Below, one piece after another: positions 1 through 13,046 of a DNA stretch of 64,000 nucleotides. The translations under genes and the position numbers were made by a program. Source of the stretch: Mobula hypostoma. Taxonomy: Eukaryota. The notes under the pieces were generated by a model. It had not been told where the DNA came from, made no database searches, and saw only the letters and a program-made list of their open reading frames with translations. The DNA is taken from positions 36,334,001-36,398,000 of the forward strand of contig NC_086108.1 in NCBI RefSeq assembly GCF_963921235.1, in the 5' to 3' direction. Each line of letters begins with the position of its first letter. Position 1 is the stretch's first letter.

Positions 1-186
1 TCATTGACGTATAATGTTAAAAGAATTGATCCCAACACAGACCCCTGTGGGGGAATATCACTAGTCACCGGCAGCCAACCAGTAAAGGCTCCCTTTATTC
101 CCACACTTTACCTGCTGCCAGTCAGCCACAGCTTTATCAATGCTAGAATCTTTCCTGTAATACTATGGGCTCTTCACTTGTTAACA
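1..186 (-). mobile_element. CR1 LINE RT fragment
   Basis: Reverse complement reads as the CR1 RT region preceding the [10 protein letters not shown] motif (gtgactagtgatattcccccacaggggtctgtgttggga). Confidence 0.75.
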
Positions 187-669
187 TGTAATATGAGGCT
201 CCTTAACAAGATGAAATCCTATGGCTTTACAGGAAAATTATTGGCATCGATAGAGGAATGGCTGACAGGCAGGAGGCATTGAGTGGGAATAAAGGAGGAA
301 TTTTCTGGTTGGCTGCTAGTGGCTGGTGGTGTTCCTTGGGGTCAGTATTGGGACCGCTACTTTTCACATTGTTTGTCAGTGATTTAGATAATGCAATTGA
401 TGGCTTTATGGCAAAGCTTCTGGATGATACAAAGATAGGTAGAGGGGTAGGAAGTGCTGAGGAAGCATTGCAATTGCAGCTGGATTTAGATAAATTGGAA
501 GAATCGACAAAAATGTGGCAGATGGAATGCTGTGTTGGGAAATGTATGATAATGTGTTTTGGTAAAAGGAACAATAATGCAGGCTATTATCTAAATGGGG
601 AGAAACTTTGAACATCAGAGGTACAGAGGGACTTAGGAATCTTCGTGCAAGACTCGCAGAAGATTAATT

Positions 670-1949
670 GGAAGAGGTAGAGTCGACGTTTCAGGCTGAG
701 ACCCTTCGTCAGGACTAACTGAAGGAAGAGTTAGTAAGAGATTTGAAAGTTGGAGGGGGAGGGGGAGATCCAAAATGATAGGAGAAGACAGGAGGGGGAG
801 GGATGGAGCCAAGAGCTGGACAGGTGATTGGCAAAGGGGATATGAGAGCATCATGGGACAGGAGGCCCAGGGAGAAAGACAAGGGTGGGGGGGTACCCAG
901 AGGATGGGCAAGGGGTATAGTCAGAGGGACAGAGGGAGAAAAAGGAGAGTGAGAGAAAGAATGTGTGTATAAAAATAAATAACAGATGGGGTACGAGGGG
1001 GAGGTGGGGCATTAGCGAAAGTTAGAGAAGTCAATGTTCATACCATCAAGTTGGAGGCTATCCAGACGGAATATAAGGTGTTGTTCCTTCAACCTGAGTG
1101 TGGCTTCATCTTTACAGTAGAGGAGCCCGTGGATAGACATGTCAGAATGGGAATGGGATGAGGAATTAAAATGTGTGGCCCCAGAGAGTCCTTCCAGGTG
1201 AGGCGACACTTCACCTGTGAGTCGGCTGGGGTGATATACTGCGTCCGGTGCTCCCGATGTGGCCTTCTATAGGCGAGACCCGACGCAGACTGGGAGACCG
1301 CTTTGCTGAACACCCACACTCTGTCCGCCAGAGAAAGCAGGATCTCCCAGTGCCCACACATTTTAATTCCACATCCCATTCCCATTCTGACATGTCTATC
1401 CACGGCTTCCTCTACTGTAAAGGTGAAGCCACACTCAGGTTGGAGGAACAACACCTTATATTCCGTCTGGGCAGCCTCCAACCTGATGGCATGAACATTG
1501 ACTTCTCTAACTTCCGCTAATGCCCCACCTCCCCCTCGTACCCCATCCATTATTTACTTTTATACACACATTCTTTCTCTCACTCTCCTTTTTCTCCCTC
1601 TGTCCCTCTGACTATACCCCTTGCCCATCCTCTGAGTCCCCCCCACCCCTTGTCTTTCTCCCCGGATCTCCTGTCCCATGATCCTGTCATATCCCCTTTG
1701 CCAATCACCTGTCCAGCTCTTGGCTCCATCCCTCCCCCTCCTGTCTTCTCCTATCATTTTGGATCTCCCCCTCCCCCTCCCACTTTCAAATCTCTTACTA
1801 ACTCTTCCTTCAGTTAGTCCTGACGAAGGGTCTCGGCCTGAAACATCAACTGTACCTCTTCCTGGAGATGCTGCCTGGCCTGCTGCATTCACCAGCAACT
1901 TTGATGGGTGTTGCTTGAATTTCCAGCATCTGCAGAATTCCTGTTGTTT
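670..1949. mobile_element. Penelope-like element, inverted tails-outward duplication of the GIY-YIG end and 3' region
   Basis: Minus arm 670-1180, plus arm ~1177-1949 (IGETRRRLGDRFAEH...GMNIDFSNFR). Flanked by direct repeat gcagaagattaatt at 656-669 and 1950-1963. Confidence 0.9.
681..716 (-). ncRNA. Minimal hammerhead motif (intact core)
   Basis: Reverse complement agtcctgacgaagggtctcagcctgaaacgtcgact. Confidence 0.75.
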
Positions 1950-2532
1950 GCAGAAGATTAATTTACAGGTTGAGTCTGTGGTAAAGAAGGCAAATGCAAT
2001 GTTGGCATTTATTTGAAGGGGAACATAATATAAAAGGAAGGAGATAATGCTGAGGCTTTATAAGACACTAGTCAGGCCGCACTTGGAGTATTGTCAACAG
2101 TTTTGGGCCCCATACCTCAGAAGGGATGTATTGTCATTGGAGAGAGTCCAGAGGAGGTTCATTAGGATGATTCTGGAAATGAAAGGGTTAACATATGAGG
2201 AGCCTTATGGCAGCTTTGGGCCTGTATTCACTGGGATTTATAAGAATGTGGGGGGTTGGGATCTCATTGAAACCCACTGAATGTTGAAAGGACTAGATAA
2301 GGTGGATGTGATGTTTCCTATGGTGGGGGTATCCAGAATCAGAAGGCACAGCCTCAAAATTGAGGGGCAACCTTTTAGAACGAGGTGAGGAGGATTTTTT
2401 TTAGCCGGAGAGTAGTGAATCTGTGCAGTGCTCTGCCACAGACTGCGGCGGAGGCCAAGTCCATGAGTATATTTAAATTGGAAGTTGATAGTTTCATGAC
2501 TGGTCAGGGCGTCAAAGGTTATGGCGAGAAGG

Positions 2533-4097
2533 TATCAAGTTGGAAAGCATCAAGTTGGATAAATCACCGGGACTGGACAGGATGTACCCCAGGTTACTGT
2601 GGGAAACGAGGGAGGAGAATTGCCGAGCCTCTGGCAATGATCTTTGCATCTTCAATGGGGATGGGAGAGGTTCCGGAGGATTGCGGGGTTGCGGATGTTG
2701 CTCCCTTATTCAAGAAGGGGATAGCCCAGGAAATTATAGGCCAATGAGTCTTACTTCAGTGGTTGGTAAGTTGATGGAGAAGATCCTGAGAGGTAGGATT
2801 TATGAACATTTGGAGAGACATATTATGATTAGGAATAGTCAGCATGGCATTGTTAAAGGCAGGCCGTTGCCTTACGAGCCTAATTGAATTTTTTGAGAAT
2901 GTGACTAAACACATTTATGAATGTAGATGTAGTGTCTATGGATTTCAGCAAGGCATTTGATAAGGTACCCCATGCAAGGCTTACTAAGAAAGTAAGGAGG
3001 CATGGGATCCAAGGGAACATTGTTTTGTGGATCCAGAACTGGCTTGCGCACAGAAGGCAAAGTGTGGTTGTAGTCGGGTCATATTCTGCATGAAAGCCGG
3101 TGACCAGTGGTGTGCCTCAGGGATCTGTTCTGGGACCCCTGCTCTTTGTGTGATTTTTATAAATGACCTGGATAAGGAAGTGGAGGGATGGGTTTGTAAA
3201 TTTGCTGATGACACAAAGGCTGGGGGTGTTGTGCATAGTGTGGAGGGCTGTCAGAAGTTACAACGGGATATTGGTAGGATGCAAAACTGGGCTGAGAAGT
3301 GGCAGATGGAGTTCAACCCAGATAAGTGTGAGGTGGTTCATTTTGGTAGGTCAAATATGATGGCAGAATATAGCATTAATTTTAAGACTCTTGGCAGTGT
3401 GGAGGATCAGAGGGATCTTGGGGTCTGAGTCCATAGGACACTCAAAGCTGCTACGCAGGTTGACTCTGTGATTAAGAAGGCATACAGTGCATTGGCCTTC
3501 ATCAATCATGGGATTGAGTTTAAGAGCCGAGAAGTAATGTTACAGCTGTATAGGACCCTGGTCAGACCCCACTTGGAATACTCTGCTCAGTTCTGGTCTC
3601 CTCACTACAGGAAGCACACGGAAACCACAGAAAGGGTGCAGAGGAGATTTACAAGGATGTTGCCTGGATTGGGGAGCATGCCTTATGAGAATAGGTTGAG
3701 TGAACTCAGCCTTTTCTCCTTGGAGTGACGGAGAATGAGAGGTGATCTGATAGAGGTATACAAGATAATGAGAGGAATTGATTGTGTGGATAGTCGGAGG
3801 CTTTTCCGTAGGGCTGAAATGGCTAGCACGAGAGGGCATAGTTTTAAGGTGCTTGGAAGTAGGTACAGAGGAGATGTCAGAGGTAAGTTTTTTACGCAGA
3901 GAGTGGTGAATGCATGGAATGGGCTGCCAGCGGCGGTGGTGGAGGCGGAAACGATACAGTCTTTTAAGAGACTCCTGGATGGCTACATGGAGCTCAGGGC
4001 TATGGGTAAAGCCTAGGTAGTTCTAATGTAGGGACATATTTGGCACAGCTTTGTGGGCTGAAGGGCCTGTATTGTGCTGTAGGTTTTCTATATTTCC
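2533..4097 (+). mobile_element. CR1 LINE (second subfamily), 5'-truncated, nested in the first CR1
   Basis: DKSPGLD, PGNYRPMSLTS, FADDTK and LVRPHLEY motifs; short flanking duplication aaggta. Confidence 0.88.
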
Positions 4098-4752
4098 AAG
4101 GTAGGTGTATGGGGTCAAGTGGGATCTGGGATCAGTCTTAATAGAATGGCAGAGCAGACTCAGTGGGCTGAATGGCTTAATTCTGCTCCGATGTCTTGTG
4201 GTTTTATGTGTGGCACCTTCTTAAAGGCTTTCTGAAAATCCAAGAACACAACTTCAACCAATTCTCCTTTGTTTGTCCTGTTTGTTATTTCTATAAAGAA
4301 TTCCAACAGATTTGTCAAGCAATATTTTCTCTTGAAGAAACCATGCTGACTATGGCCTATTTTATCATGTGTCTCCAAATACCCTGAGACGCATCTTTAC
4401 TAATCGATTCCAACATCCTCCCGACCACTGAGGTCAGACTAACAGGCCTATATTTGCCTTTCTTCTGTCTGTCTCCCCTCTTGAAGTGTGGAGTGACATT
4501 TGCAATTTTCCAGTCTTCCAAACCATTCCAGAACCTAATGATTTTTTTGAATGTTCATTACTAATGCCTTCACAAACTCTGCAGCAACCTCTTTCAGAAC
4601 ACCTGGTGTACACCATCTGGTCCAGGTGACTTATCTCTCCTTAGACCTTTCCGTTTCCCCAAGAACCTTCTCCTTAGTGATGGTGGCTCCACACATTTCT
4701 GATCCCTCACAGTCTTGAACTTCCAACATACAGTGAGGAGTGATGCACAATA

Positions 4753-7003
4753 TGGTCGTCCCTCAGTATCTGTGGGGGATTGGTTCCAGGATCCTCTGCG
4801 GATACCAAAATCCGCGGATGCTCAGGTCCCTTATATAAAATGGCATAGTATTTGCATATAACCTACGCACATCCTCCCGTGTACTTTAAACCATCTCTAG
4901 ATTACTTATAATACCTAATACAGTGTAAATGCTATGTAAATGGTTGTTATACTGTAGTGATTAGGGAATAATGAAGCTTTGGAAAAGGCTCAATAGTACT
5001 GATGTCAGGATCTGTAGAAGTTGAGGGCTGAGGATCTTCAAGCGTTGAAGTTCGAGGCTTCACAATTGCAGATGCTTTAGTTAGAAACATTGTTATAGGA
5101 AGCTGTTTCTTCTTTTTGTTTGCATCATCAAACAAATCTTGCAGTGTTTGTAGGCATGTTGTTATCCCTTGGCTGACACGGAGGCTTCGTTCCATCGAAG
5201 AATTGTACTCGAGGATCATATCCTTTAACACTTGCGCTTGTTGAAAAACTGCTGCAAATTTTTCAAGTGTCCAAATTGATGGCTCTGCCTCCTCTAAGTC
5301 TTCTGCATCATCATCATCTTCTGTAGAGGATTTCATCGAATCTTCAAGTTCTTCGTTGGTAAGGGTTTCTCTATGCTCTTCTGTGTGTTCCTCGACGTCA
5401 TCCTTGGTCGTGTCAGAGAAGCCTTCCCCACCAACTTCCCTTGCAACATTCAAGATATTCCTGATTTCTGCATCAATAGTGGGGAAGCCCCTGAAATCAT
5501 TGACTATCTCACTCCATAATGGCTTCCAACATACATTGACTATTTCGAGCTTTAGGGCATCTATAGCCTCTGCAATAAGCAAAATTGCAGCTGCAATTGT
5601 GAAGCTCTTCTATAAATCCATGATGCTGCAGTCAGAGTTAGCATGAATCCTCCCAAAGGTGAGGTGGCTGTAAGTCACCTTAATGCACTTGATGATGCCT
5701 TGATCAAGTGGCTGCAGCAGTGATGTAGTGCTAGGAGGCAGAACCATCACTTCCGTGTTATCGTTGGCGAAGCAGAGAGATTGGGGATGGCCGGGAGCAT
5801 TGTCAATTATGAGGACGACCTTGAATGGCAACCCTTTCTCTTCGAGGTATTTCTTCACTTCAGGAATGAAGCACTGATAGAACCATTTCAAGAACAAGAT
5901 GGCCGTCACCCGAGCCTTTTCGTTGTATTGCCAGAACATGGGCAGACAATTTTTGTTTTTGTTCTTAAGGGCCTGGGGATTGTTTGCTCGGTAGACAAGG
6001 CCTAGCTTGATCATGTGTCCTGCTGCGTTGCCACACAGCACCAGAGTAAGGTGATCTTTCCAGACCGTGAACCCCGGGGCCTGCTTGGCACTCGTATGGT
6101 TGCAGGTACGATTGGGCATCTTCTTCCAGAACAAGCCGGTTTTATTACAATTGAAGACTTGCTCTGGAAGGTAGCCTTTCTCTTCTATGAGTTTCTTGAG
6201 CCCCTCTGGGAACGCTGATGCTGCTTTGGCAACTGCCGATGCCGATTCTCCCATGATCTTTAAGTTCTTGAGGCTGTAGCGCTTTACATAGCTAGCCAGC
6301 CATCCCTTACTAGCCTTAAACTCCTTCCTCTCGCTCTCCTCAACCCCCTCACAGTAGTGCTCATAGAGGCTAAGTGCTTTTTCACGCATAATTTTGCCAT
6401 CAACAGGGGTATGCTTCTGTGACATGTCCTCTAGTCACACACTTAATGCTTTCTCTGTCTTTGCAAGCACTTTATCACGAACCAGAGAGACCATTTTTGC
6501 CATTGTAGGGGTAGCACTAACACTTTCACGAATGTCAGCTTCTTTCTGCTTTATTGTGCAAATGCTCGATTCGTTCTTACCGACCTTAGGCCCACTTCGG
6601 CAAGCGACGTGCCACTTTTCAAAAGATCTAAGATTTTTATTTTCTTGGCGAGAGATAGCACTTTACATTCCCTCTTAGCCTCTGAGGAATTGCTTTGACC
6701 ACTTAATTGCTATTTAGGAACCAATTTTTCACAGAAACAAAGGGTGCTCACAACACAAGTAGTGAATGAACGAGACGCGAGGCGAGCAGTGCTCAAACAA
6801 CAAGTGCTGGAGAGAGACTGAGGATCTGTGAAATGGCGGGAGGCTACAGCAGGGTGAGGCTACACATCACCTAATTCACGTGGATTAAGCGTAGTGCTCG
6901 GCGTGCGGCAAATTCAGGTTTTGCTTTTTGGAACTTCCTGGATTTTTTTCCAAATATTTTTGATCTGCGGTTGGTTGAATCCGCGGATACGGAGGGCCGA
7001 CTG
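4753..7003 (-). mobile_element. Tigger/pogo DNA transposon, near full length, transposase frameshifted
   Basis: TIR-like ends (tggtcgtccctcagtatc / gatacggagggccgactg) with TA on both sides. ORFs 5610-6425 and 4947-5582 carry FKASKGWL, QVFNCNKTGLFWK, LIIDNAPGH and LQPLDQGII (CENP-B HTH + DDE). Confidence 0.93.
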
Positions 7004-7859
7004 TACTTAGTTTGCCCACCATTTTCTTGACCCCATTACTACCTCTCCAGCATTGTTTTCCAGTAGCCCAATATCCACTCTCACCTCTCTTTTATACTTT
7101 GTATCTGAAAAACTTTTGGTATCCTCTTTAATATTATTGGTTAGCTTATTTTTGTATTCCATCTTTTCCTGAATGACTTTTTTAGTTGTCTTCTGTTGGT
7201 TTTTAAAAGCTTCCCAATCCTCTAACTTCCCACTAATTTTTGCTGTATTATGTGCCCTCTCTTTGGCCTTTATGTTGCCTTTGACTTCCTTGTTAGCCAC
7301 AGTTGTGTAATCTTGCTGTTAGAATGCTACTTACTCTTTGGGATGTATACTGAACCTTCTAAATTCCAGGAAGTCTAGCCATTGCTGTTCTGATGTCTTC
7401 CCTGCAGGTGTTCTTTTCCAATCAGTTTTGATCAAATCTTCTTTTAATTCCCTTAACTCCACTGTAATACTGATACATATGACTTTAGCTTCTGCTTTTC
7501 AAATTTCAGGGTGAATTTGATCATATTATGATCCCTTGTCCCTAAGTGTTCCTTTACCTTCAGCTCTCTGATCAATTCTGGTTCATTGCAGAACACTCAA
7601 TCCAGAATAGTTGATCCCCTGGTATGCTAAACCACGACCTACTCTGAAAAACCACCTCGTAAGCATTCTATAATTCCCCCTTTTGGGATCCAGCCCCAAC
7701 CTAATTTTCCCAAGCTGCCTGCATACTGAAATCCCCCATTGCTATTGTATCTTTGCCCTTTGACATGTGTTTTTTATTACCTGCTGTAATATGTAAACCA
7801 TATCCTTATTACTGTTTGGGGGTTTATATAACTCCTATCAGGATCTTTTTACCCTTGCA

Positions 7860-8027
7860 ACACACAAAATGCTGGAGAAACACAGCAGGCAACATCTATG
7901 GAAAATAGTTAACATTCGATGTTTTGGGCCGAGACCCTTATCAGGATATGTGATGCTGTCTGGCCTGCTGAGTTCCTCCAGCATTTTGTGTGTGTTGCTT
8001 AGATTTACAGCATCTGCTGATTTTATC
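7860..8027. mobile_element. Short inverted (palindromic) Penelope-derived 3'-end insertion
   Basis: Arms acacacaaaatgctggag... / ...ctccagcattttgtgtgtgttgc; 17-bp direct repeat atctttttacccttgca at 7843-7859 and 8028-8044. Confidence 0.75.
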
Positions 8028-8249
8028 ATCTTTTTACCCTTGCATTACCTTAGCTCTATCCACAATGATTCAGCACCTTCTGACCTATGTCACCTCTTTC
8101 TCATGATTTGATTTCACTTTTACCAAATGACCCATGCCACCCCCTCTGCCTACCCGCCTGTCCTTTTGCTACAATGTGTATCCTTGGACGTTAAGCTCCC
8201 AGCTACAACCTTCCTTCAGCCATGATCCATCAATGCCTACAACCTGATG

Positions 8250-9015
8250 CATGCAAAACTCCACCAAACATTTTCTGTAGCTTTGCCTTCCTGATGGCAC
8301 AGAGAGCATGGCTCTTAACAGAGTCATCTTATCCCCTGATCTGAAGGCAGTGTCTCGATTCAAGGGTCTGCTGCATGTTTTAGGTCATAACTGCACTGCA
8401 ACTTTGTTACCCAGCTCACAGATCTAGTGCATCAACCTCTGCAGTCAGCCATGCTTTCTGGTTTTCCCTGGCAGTGCAGTGTTTAATCACGGTAACTTCC
8501 TCAATGCATTTTCTGATGTAGCCAGTCACCAATCCCGCATAATCATCAATGTTGACGTGATGATCGTAGGTAGCTGCCTCCCTGATTATGCTTCAGACTG
8601 TGCTTTTGAAATAGTCCTGCAGTGCTGAAGACGTCTCACTTCCGATCTGAAGGCAGCACCTTGATCTCTCAGTAGTGTATGAATCTTTGCAGTTAACCCT
8701 TGTTTCTTATTTGCCCTGGGCAGTGTATTCCTGCAGTGCTGAGGTGGCATGTTCCGGCACACACTCAGCAATTCAAGGACAGCTTCTTCCCATCTGCCAT
8801 CCGATTCCTAAATGGACGTTGAACCCGTGAACACAATCTCACTTTTTAAGTATATATCATTCCTGTTTTTGCACGATTGTTAATCTATTCAACAGATATA
8901 TAATTTGATTGATTTATTTTTCTTCTATGTTATCTGTCTATTTCATTGAACTGCTGCTGCTAAGTTAACGAATTTCACGACACATGCTGGTGATAATAAA
9001 CTTGATTCTGATTTT
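8250..9015. mobile_element. Rex1/Babar LINE fragments (minus-strand internal pieces and a plus-strand 3' end)
   Basis: RDTAFRSGDK-type peptides; 3' end gacagcttcttccc...aataaacttgattctgatt. Confidence 0.6.
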
Positions 9016-9899
9016 AGTGTTTTTTTTATGATCAGTGTTTTCAGTCATAGAAAAGACAAACAGGGCAAGACATTTCACCATGGACTGGAGCCAGAGAGGC
9101 CTCAGTGACCATGCTATCTGCCATCTTGTGACTGTTTGAATACAACTCCCAAATTATCATTCCATTACAAGAATCAAAACATAAAAGAGTTTGTTATCTA
9201 ATTTAACAAGAAAACCTATAAAAGCATAATCAAATCTTGCCACAGAAGACATTTATTTATTGATTGTTTTATTGTGATACAGTGTGGAATAGATACCTCC
9301 AACCCTTTGAGCTGTGCTGCCCAGCAATCCCAAATTTAATCCGAGCCCAATCATGGAACATTTTACAATGCCCAATTACCCTGCCAACCAGTGTGTCTGT
9401 GGATAGTGGGAAACTTGACATAGTAGTTTCTTATAAAAATGTAAGAGAGAGTGTTTGGCATTCTGAAGCATGTCTCTTTAAAAATCTACTATCACAAGGC
9501 TATTTATGCAATACCTTATCAAAGAATGATGCAGTGGATTATATAAACTGTTCATGTTTAACTATCACCCACAAGTGCATGCAGGTTTTCATAACTTTTA
9601 GACAGATGAGCATGCTGAGAGATTGCAATGGAAAAGTAGAGAGAAAACAATAATGATTTACTGGTCTGGACCGTTAAGAACCTATAAACATTTTAATACA
9701 TCAGGGCTAAGGACAAATATTACCTCCAGCAGTTTCAAATTTAGCAATAGGAACCACACTTACATGGCTAATAAAAAATTAAAAGGGTGATATTAGAAAT
9801 GTTTTGATGCAGTGTTCTAAGACGATCATTGGTTCACACAGGTGTGTTACACAGATAATTTGGGTCACACCACTTAAAAATCAAGCAATGTCTAAAGCT

Positions 9900-10120
9900 T
9901 GGCCTGGATCTGGGCCGTACCCTCCAAATATCCGGATCTGCCTCTGGATTTTTTTGCACTACCTTACTTTCCCTTTTCTATTTTCTATTTATGATTTATA
10001 ATTTGTTTTTAATATTTACTATCGATTTGTACTCCAGGGAGCACGAAGCGCAGAATCAAATATCGCTGTGATGATTGTATGCTCTAGTATCAATTGTTTG
10101 GCGACAATAAAGTAAAGTAA
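9900..10120 (+). mobile_element. Rex1/Babar 3' end, same family as 60752-61941
   Basis: Near-identical to 61695-61941; (aaagt)n tail. Confidence 0.8.
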
Positions 10121-13046
10121 GCTTTGGGTTGCTATTGAATTGAACTGCTTGAAGGCAAGGTGAATATTGTGAGTGCAGTGCATGCAAAGCAACCATTTAA
10201 TTCCAAAGCCTGTAATTGCTTTAGAGGGAATTGTTCACATTCTGGCTTTCCATTTCAACATTGAAATTGTCATTTAGTGATAGTTGTGTATAATCATAAG
10301 TGATGAAACGTATTTGAATCTCTCAGAGCTAGGTAATCACTAAGGAAATACTCATGGGTTGACTTGGGAAAATTTGCTTCTTTCTTTATATTATGTACGC
10401 AGATGGGCTCTTCTGTTTCTATAATAAATCACTTATTTTCCGGGACACTATACATGAGACACATGTGGACACATTTAAAAGGGAAATGCTTGTGACTTAG
10501 TCCGAAGGGCATATACTGGTAATAGCTTTCTCACATGTCTTGCAGTCTAATGTTGGGAATTTGAAATCCAAATACCTTCATTTTCAACGTTGCAGATCAA
10601 GAGAAATCACACCTTGAAGTATTGTCGTGAAGCAATACAAAACTTTTTTGTAATTATATTTGAAACATGGTGTTCATAAGTTTTTTTATTGAAACTATTC
10701 ATTGGTGATTTAGTATTTGACACAATTTGTGTAATTTATGTGTTTCATTCTGCTGAATTATCAATTGACAAATTTATTATTGGTTTTTGTTCCACGGATT
10801 GGAAACATTTATGTTTCCAATAGCTAAAGTGCAGAGAATAATCCAAACCTGTAGATTTGTATATTCATTATTTAATTGCAGTGTTGCCGACTTCTGACAA
10901 AAAAAATCTTGTTGCAGAGGTTTTGTTGCCCTCGTGTAACCATGCATAATCTTCTGTATGTGTTCTTGATGCTTCCTTTGTCATATGTAGCCTTCCTTTC
11001 TTTATGAATTTTGGATTAAAATGTTGTCTAACCTTGATTAGTTTAAATTAGTACTTGCAGACTGAATTTCTTGGAGTGCAGTTATTGCAAGCTAAGAAAG
11101 AGGGGCTTAGTGTCATAATAGTGAGAAGAGTATAAAATAACTGACAAAGGAATTTTACATAAAGGGCCATAGTTTACCATTTACAGAAGTCTGCTTGTAG
11201 ATGTACAACATTGTAACTCAGTAGGTGGTTTGTTTTTTATAAATAATTTGGTTAAGAAAATTATGTAGCCAGAGTTTTGATGAGTTTCCAACTAAATTGC
11301 TCTTGCGTATCTCAGTAATTTTTAATAATCTTATTTAAAGTACCAACTGAATAAATATTCTTTTCAATAGAGATTAATGAATATCAGGAAATTTGGACAA
11401 GATGGCCCTTTCATTTCTTGAAAAAAGTATGGACATAGAGTTCTCTAAAATTCATTTGATCAAATGGACATGTGGTGTATGTTGCTGTTATCTGCGGCAA
11501 AGTGGCCACTAAATTAAGAATCATCTTAGAAAATTAAAGACTTCTGGTGAGGCACGAGGCAAGATGGCAGCACAGCATTGAGCGCTGACACATAAGCCTC
11601 CTTTTTCACGTTCTTTAGGGCTCATAGACAGTCTTAATACAAGGTTGAGTTGGAGAAAGATCTAACTAAAGGCATCACCTCAAAAAAAATCCAAATTCAA
11701 CCAAGAAACAAGATACCAGCAGACGACACCAAGCTAGTTATTCATCCGAGGAAATAGCTATGCTAATTAAACAAACAATGGCAACGGAGATGGAATCACT
11801 GCAAGAAATGGTAGCCCAGATGCTAAAGAAGTCACTGGAAAAGGCTCTCGACCCCATACGGAAGCATATGGCAGAGAATGGCAACATTCTCCAGTCGTTA
11901 AAGGAGCAAGCGGACATCCATGCTAAAAAATTTAGCATGGTCTTCAACAAAATAGACAGCATTCAGGTTAACTTACGCAAGAATGAGTAAGTTACTAACT
12001 CCTGTCTCGTGGAGGTGACTTAAGATACAGAAGAAGCTAAACGACTTGGAGGACAGATCCAGGAAAAACAATGTGCGGCTGGTCAACTTACTGACAGGCA
12101 CTGAGGACGACGATCCAAGAGGTTACCTCCAGGAGATGCTGCCTAATTGGATTCCAGTGCTCAAGAATTCCCACAACACTCCATTGGAGATCAATAGAGC
12201 ACATAGGATCTTTTCCAACAACACCTCAAGACTGCGGACCATGATTTTTAAGCTTCTACGGTATGCCGATTGGCAGCCTATCCTGGAGGGTGCGAGGAAA
12301 GCCAAACCTACTCTCCCTGATGGCACCCAGCTGCAATTCTTCGCCGACTACAACCCCGGCACGATGCAGGAACGGCAGGGATACAAGGAGATCCGTGCTA
12401 AGCTTCGACAGAAGGGGATCGACTCATTCCTCATATACCTGGCGATTTTGAGAGTGAATATCAAGGGCATGAAGATGTTGTTTAACTTGGCACAGGAAGT
12501 GAAAGAAGCTCTGAAATCATTGGTGCTGGGAGGTGTAGAAGAAGACCCTGGACAAAGTCCACACACCGCTCGGGAGAAGATGGGACTGCATTAAGAGCTC
12601 GGACCAGCCAGTATGCGCAATCTAACAGGCAGGGGCAAGTTAACGTCCTCAGTTAACTTGTTTGTACAAGGATAACATGTTAAGGTGATATAAGTCCGCC
12701 TAGAATATACTTCTTATCTTTTACCTTCTAAGGTGATATTCAATACACCCAAATGTCATACTTCATCGAGAATGAAGCTGAAAAACAGCAGTTTGTTCTG
12801 AATAATTTTAGTTGTACATGTTCATTTCGGGTTATGTCTCCAGTAGACTTGTTTATGTTCCTGGGCACGAGATAAGACGTCACTGGCGCCATCGCTAAGC
12901 AACGGTCTGTTAAAGCAGCAGTCTCCTGCAAGAGAGCTGTTGGGGTCTTGATTATATGTTATATTTGAGACAGGAATGGTTTTAATTATACAGGTTAACA
13001 GGTTTGACCAGGTTTTTTTTTCTTGTCTCTTTGATATGATTGTCTA

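Larger units (their letters stand above)
190..4205 (+). mobile_element. CR1 LINE 3' half, decayed; interrupted by a Penelope insertion (670-1949) and a second CR1 (2533-4097)
   Basis: [14 protein letters not shown] and LYKTLVRPHLEYC motifs; CR1 3' tail (aattctgctcc...tcttgtggtttt) at ~4180-4205. Confidence 0.88.
4207..8250 (-). mobile_element. CR1 LINE fragment (EN to RT), split by Tigger (4753-7003) and a mini-Penelope palindrome (7860-8027)
   Basis: SQHGF...CLTNLLEFF...FLDFQKAF and WELNVQGYTL motifs; sequence is continuous across the TA-flanked Tigger. Confidence 0.8.

Noticed and set aside
4947..6425. Domesticated TIGD-type host gene
   Set aside because: Frameshifted, with TIRs and a TA duplication, and inserted in a CR1: an ordinary transposon copy
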